From Camelus ferus (taxonomy: Eukaryota), in the NCBI RefSeq assembly GCF_009834535.1, contig NC_045703.1, forward strand, positions 51,026,001-51,090,000: a stretch of DNA of 64,000 nucleotides, read 5' to 3'. The position numbers and the translations under genes were made by a program. Position 1 is the first letter of the stretch, and every line of letters starts with the position of its first letter. Positions 59,030 to 64,000 of this stretch are shown here, piece after piece. The notes under the pieces are model-generated. The model was not told the origin of the DNA. It did no database searches and worked only from the letters and a program-made list of their open reading frames with translations.

Positions 59030-59235
59030 GAATAACAGAAAAAAGGCATAGGTTTTGAAATTGAACAGAACTTCTCAATGCAGCTCAGTTTCACACCAAT
59101 TAGCTGTGTCACATAAGCTCTCCATGCTTCAACTTATCCACGTTTAAATCTTTGAAAGATTGTTTTGAGAAAGAGAAATTGATGTCTAATGAAGCTACTG
59201 CAGTGCCTGGCACAAAAAGACCCCTCAATAAATGG
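59030..59235 (+). mobile_element. MIR
   Basis: aaggcataggttttgaaattgaacaga...attagctgtgtcac...gcagtgcctggcacaaaaagacccctcaataaatgg. Confidence 0.7.
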
Positions 59236-60265
59236 TATTTATTAACTGAGCACCTGTAGTGAGCCAGGCACAATTCTAGGTGCTAGAATTACAGTGGGGA
59301 ACGAAAGAAATCCTTGTCTTAGTGACATTTATGCTGTGATGGGGGAAACAGTCAACAAACAAGTAGGGGAAAAAAATAGAAGGAAGGGAGGAAGACAGAG
59401 AGGGAAATTGGGAGGGAAAAGGGGAGAAGAGGAGGAGAGAAAGAGATTTAGAGAGTGATATTTCCTATAGAAACAAATAAGGTAGAGGGTGTCTTACAGC
59501 AAGGGATAATTGCTCTAGCTAAGCAGTCAGGGAAGGACTCTCTGGAGAGGTGACATTGTGTCTGAGTGCTGGACGATGAGAAAGGAAGACAGAGCAGGCC
59601 AAGAGCTTGGGAAGGACCATTCCAACCAGAGGAAATGGCAGGAGAAAAGGCTATGAGGCCAGAACAAACTGCATTTTCCAGAGACAAAGAGAAAGCCAAT
59701 GACTGGCAGGGACAGGAAGGTAATAAGTGACAGGGAGAGGGGAACAAGATGAGGTCCAAGATGTTGGTGAGACCAGCTCAGCGCTTGGGCCCTAATGGAG
59801 TTTAGATTCTATTTTAATTACAGTGAGACACAATGGGAGGGTTTTAAATCAGAGAGTGCTATGATCCAATATAATCTTTAAAAAGAACAGTCTGTCTGAT
59901 GTATGAAGAATGAAAGGGAGTAGCTGTGGGTGAAGACAGTGTGAAAGCAGGCAGACCAGTTAGGAGGCTGTTGGAGCAGTTCAGGTGAGAGACAATGACT
60001 TCTTGCAGCAGCAGAAGAAGTGAGATGTGGTTGGACTGAGGATATATTTTGGAGGTAGAACTGACAGGACTTCCCAAAGAGAAGGAAGGAAAGGGAAGAG
60101 CAATATCAGGGCTGATTCCCAAGTATTAGAGTTGAGCCACAGCCTAAATGGGAAAGCCATTTCTAGGATAGTAAAGAGGAGGGAAGGGATGGTTGGTGTA
60201 GGATTGTCAGACATCTAAGTGGAGATGCCAAGCACACTGTTGGACATACAATCTAGAGATCAGAA
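59235..60265 (-). mobile_element. L2a, about 1 kb 3' portion
   Basis: tatttattaactgagcacctgtagtgagccaggcac...ggcagggagaccagttaggaggct...gatatattttggaggtagaactgacaggactt...gacatctaagtggagatgcc. Confidence 0.92.
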
Positions 60266-61009
60266 CCCCTCTTGGAAGATAATATTTATGTAAAATGTAA
60301 TGTAAACTTGCATTATGTAAAATGTCCAATTCAGTCTTACTAAATTGGAAAACAAAAAGTCAACTCTATTAATTGGTGATACTCTTTTTTGTGAAATTAG
60401 ATCTTCATGAAAACTTTCATTTAAATGACTCTTAAGCTACCTTTGTTGACACACAAGGAAGGTTGGCTCAGTAAAAACCATAATGTCTCTGTGGTCCTTA
60501 AAGCCTGATAGAAACAAATGATGATTCAGTTGCAGTATCAGAAACATGGTTTTCACATCAGCAAAATTCTTACAGCATATAGTCATCGATTCTAAGTAAA
60601 ATGCTGCTTCACTGGTTCATATTTTGTGATGGGTGTGGTTAAAATCCTTTTTTCTGGAAGGAAAAAAGGAAGAGAGGTACCCTCAGCATTGTATTTTTCC
60701 TGACATACCTAATGATATACAAACTAGCCTGGCATTGATTATGATAAATTGATTTCAGTTGAATTTCTCTGTTCTGCTCTGGTAGGGTCCTAAGGCTAAC
60801 CTACTTCCACAATCTGAGATGCAATATAAGGTGATAAATCCAATCTCTATGCTGCATACCCAAACTCCCAGTTGAAATGAGCATTAGGCAGTGACTAGAG
60901 TTACCCTCCTCTACTCAAACACCCAGTTTGACCCGCCTTGGAAATCAACTATTTGCTGACTGCTATCTACAGTGATACTTGCTATTCGTTAAAATGCCTG
61001 CTCTATGCC

Positions 61010-61150
61010 AGCCTTGCGTATTATCTCATTTTAATCATCACAAGAACTTTGGAAGGTTTTTTTTCCAAGGTAAATAAACTGAGACTCAATGAAAGTGTTA
61101 CTTGCCCAGACGTAGAGCTTGGATTTATACACAGGTGTGTCTGTATCTAA
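61010..61150 (-). mobile_element. MIR fragment
   Basis: ctcattttaatcatcacaagaac...aaactgagactcaatgaaagtgttacttgccc. Confidence 0.7.
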
Positions 61151-61277
61151 ATATAGTTCTCTGCCCCATCTATTATTTTGTGCCCATCAGTAAGATAAGC
61201 ATCATGAAGCTGACAATGTGGGGGTGAATTGTCGTAGTGACTGCCACTCAGTTTCACATGACTCTGCAGACATATAC

Positions 61278-61728
61278 TGGTTGATTCACAGTATTTTCAG
61301 TAGTTATGTTCTGTAAGTCACTGGGAACACTGATTTAGCAAATATTGAACTACTTTGCTCCTGGAAAGGCACAGTGTTAGGTTCCCACAAATCTTTCTGG
61401 TCACATCATTTTCATCAGCCAACCAACACTTAACCTTGTTTTATGCATGTTTCTGTTTAAAGACATCTTATTTAATATATATTGTTGATTCATTTACATT
61501 GCACTCATAGCCAACAATACTGTAACTCATGCCTGAATGAAGCTTATTTAACATACATATTTTCTCCCTAAGGCACATCCCAGCCTTCTTGTGCTTGAGG
61601 ACACTAGACAGCATTTCAGTACTCTGATTAGGGACCATATCAGACAGTGAAATCACAAGACAAAAACCAAAACAAAACAAAACACTCCAAAACATGGCAC
61701 TAAATAGATTGTGGAAGACACTTGTTGA
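61278..61728 (+). mobile_element. MER82 (TcMar-Tigger) 5' part
   Basis: gttgattcacagtattttcagtagttatgttctgtaagtc...aaccttgttttatgcatgtttctgtttaaagacatcttatttaatatatattgttgattc...ggcactaaataga. Confidence 0.9.
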
Positions 61729-62064
61729 GTGGTGGGGAGATTGAGGCGAGATTTAAAATACATGACCCCTGCCATCCTGGGAGCTTCTACTCTATTAGGA
61801 GAGACAAGATTAACACAAGTGAATCACATGTAAGACAACATAACTGAGAGTGGGAATGGGATGAGAGTGTTTTATTCCGATCTATCTGCTTTTGGTTGAT
61901 TTTATCCTACCTTTTCCCCAATTTTTCAAGTATCAGTGATACTTTCTCTATGAGCTTCTGTCAGAGGAGAGCAGAGTCTAACGCAAAGAAGTCTATGAAA
62001 ATTGCGGCTGGATTTCTAAAATGCAGACTAGGAACTATAATCTGCAAGTCAAAGGTGTTTTTGG

Positions 62065-62104
62065 TTTTGTTTTGTTTTGTTTTGTTTTGTTTTGTTTTGT
62101 TTTG
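62065..62104. repeat. (TTTTG)8 microsatellite
   Basis: Direct observation. Confidence 0.95.
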
Positions 62105-62999
62105 TTTTTCATTTGCAAGAACAAGCCTTTGTTGAAAGCAATAAATGAGTTACATAGAATTCTAAGTTGAGTGACATGAGTGAGGCCAGGCTTGGGCAGG
62201 CAGTGGTTGGAAAGGAGGTGAAATGAGTTTGTGTCTGCAGCAGGCTGGGCCCAGCCAGGCAGGGCAGTGCGTGTCACTGGGGCAGGGGCCGTACCTAAGT
62301 TGCATAAGCAGAAACCTGCTGCGTGAGAGAGACGTCTGGAATCATGAGAGGGCACCTGTGAAATGAGAAGCTGCATGTTGGGAATTATAAGCCCTGTAAC
62401 AGAGAAGTTAGGAGCTTTACCTTCTTGCCCTGACATGCCCCTTTGAGTCTACTCCTAATGTCGCTGATGGGAGGGCAGTGCCGTGGGCCCTGAGCCTGCC
62501 CGCCTTCCAGTGGCACCCTCCGGTGAATGGACTGAGGGTCGTACACACCAGACCCAAGCAGGTCAACGAGGAGCCCTTTCCCAGGACTTTGGAATTAGGA
62601 CATAAGGACACTATTTCCCTGACCCTCAAAGTTTAATGTACATAAGAATCATGCAAGATTCCCAAGTTCCACCAGCACACCTCTGAGACTGGGACTGAAG
62701 GCTATTTGACCTTCAGGATCTTTGATCTTTAGGATGTGTCTGATGCCGCAGTTTTGGAGATCAGGATACTTTTATCAAGTGTCCCCCGTGAATCTAAAGC
62801 AGAAAGGCCATGGGTCACAAATAGAGAAACAGGTCTCTAGACTGGGAAGTTCTCTAGAGCTAAGGTGTTCAATTTTGGCCATGTAAATGGTGAAGCAGAA
62901 GAAGGAGGTCTATAGAAGGAGAGGCGTAAGGCAGATGTGCAGAGACAAGTTGTGTGGTAGGCGGGAGGCTGGCTAGTCAATCACCCTTGCTTGCCTCAC

Positions 63000-63280
63000 T
63001 CTATAGAGACTACAAATTATAAGCATCTTACCCAGTCTTTTTGAAGCCAGCAGGTCATATGATATAATTTTGGTCAATGAGAGGTCTGCTTTGTTGGGGC
63101 AGCACATCTTGGGAAAGCTTTTACCCTCATGATGGAGGGGTGGCTGCAGGGCCACCGCCGACTTTTGCTCTCCTTCCTGTTTAACACCTGGAGCAACAGT
63201 CATCTGTAACCCAGGAAGCAACAGACACAAACCCAGAGTCAACACATTACGAGTGCAGAGCAGGAGACAGGCCTCAAGGG
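63000..63280 (+). mobile_element. Old MLT1 LTR fragment
   Basis: ggtcatatgatataattttggtcaatgagag...cttgggaaagctttt...acctggagcaacagtcatctgtaacc. Confidence 0.6.
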
Positions 63281-64000
63281 ATAGGCCGGTGCCCTTACCC
63301 CTGCTTGTGGCACATGTATATTTGGAACGTGCCTAAATATTTAGTGACCTCACAGAAGTGTAATCAGGACCATAAGAATAAAGCTGTGGACGAGCACATC
63401 CCCAGGGAGTCCCGGAGTTGTATCAGTGAGAGGAAGAGCCATTCGCTGCTGCTGGTCTCACACAACCACCAGGCCGATCAGTTGAGAGCAGGGATGCGTG
63501 GGTGATAATCAGCTCAGAAGCAATCTCAGCAAGGACATTCTAAGATAATTTGAAGGAGAGCTAATGACACATCCAAGAAAATGAGTCTGCTAGATTCCCC
63601 TCCCCAGTCAATGACCTACCCGTAAAACGTATATAATTATCCTACAGACTGTCACTATGTGATAGCTATAGGCCAAATGTTACTTGAAGGGAAAACAATG
63701 AAACAAAAAGAAGAAAGTCAATAGAAAAGGCAATTAAAATCCTGTGACAACACCAGAGAGCATTATCGCAAAAAGACTTCAGTCTATGATCAGGAGCTAA
63801 GGTTTGAATCACCTTGGCCTGAATAACCAGGTCGAAGGCCCCAGTTGATTTAAGGAGTCAACACACCGAGAACATGCAACCTCAACTGATTGGAAAATCA
63901 GCTTAAGAAGCAAAGTCAGATCGATTGTCCTTTTTTAGGCAGGAATGATGAGAAGATTTTTAAACAGTTTTGTAACCTTAGTGACATTTTAGGCTGTTTT

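Noticed and set aside
63399-63408. EBF1 palindrome TCCCCAGGGA
   Set aside because: About one such match is expected by chance in this length; no supporting context
1-64000. CRISPR arrays, rRNA, functional tRNA genes, operons, processed pseudogenes, endogenous viral ORFs
   Set aside because: Eukaryotic repeat-rich DNA; tRNA-like A/B boxes occur only within SINEs; no regularly spaced direct repeats or recognisable viral/host protein sequence found

Overview
Eutherian mammalian genomic DNA, most likely camelid (camel/alpaca lineage). This is judged from three tRNA-derived SINEs of the camelid GGGGAGGGT(A)TAGCTCAGTGGTAGAG...TTACCTCCCCC type and young cetartiodactyl-style L1 3' ends. I could not recognise any protein-coding gene, structural RNA gene, CRISPR array or viral insert. 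Most listed ORFs are chance frames, often through repeats. The window reads as intergenic or deep-intronic sequence dense in old repeats (MIR, L2, L3/CR1, MaLR/ERVL LTRs, hAT and Tigger MITEs), plus a few young L1/SINE insertions with target-site duplications (TSDs) and four N-runs inside young L1s. Most noteworthy: (1) an unexplained ~165-bp-arm, ~85% identical inverted repeat at 23746-24482; (2) a near full-length L3/CR1 fossil (about 2075-5190) with ORF1 esterase, endonuclease and RT motifs still readable; (3) a telomere-like TTAGGG/CTAGGG array inside an MLT2B LTR; (4) a speculative TATA-driven minus-strand transcript (19.2 kb to 15.8 kb, possibly 10.5 kb) and a plus-strand first-exon-like signal at 27.55 kb; (5) a TSD-flanked L1 truncated at its 3' end. 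Repeat family names come from my recall of consensus sequences, not a database search. Most boundaries are approximate (tens of bp) unless a TSD is quoted. I found no evidence sufficient to claim a new biological system.
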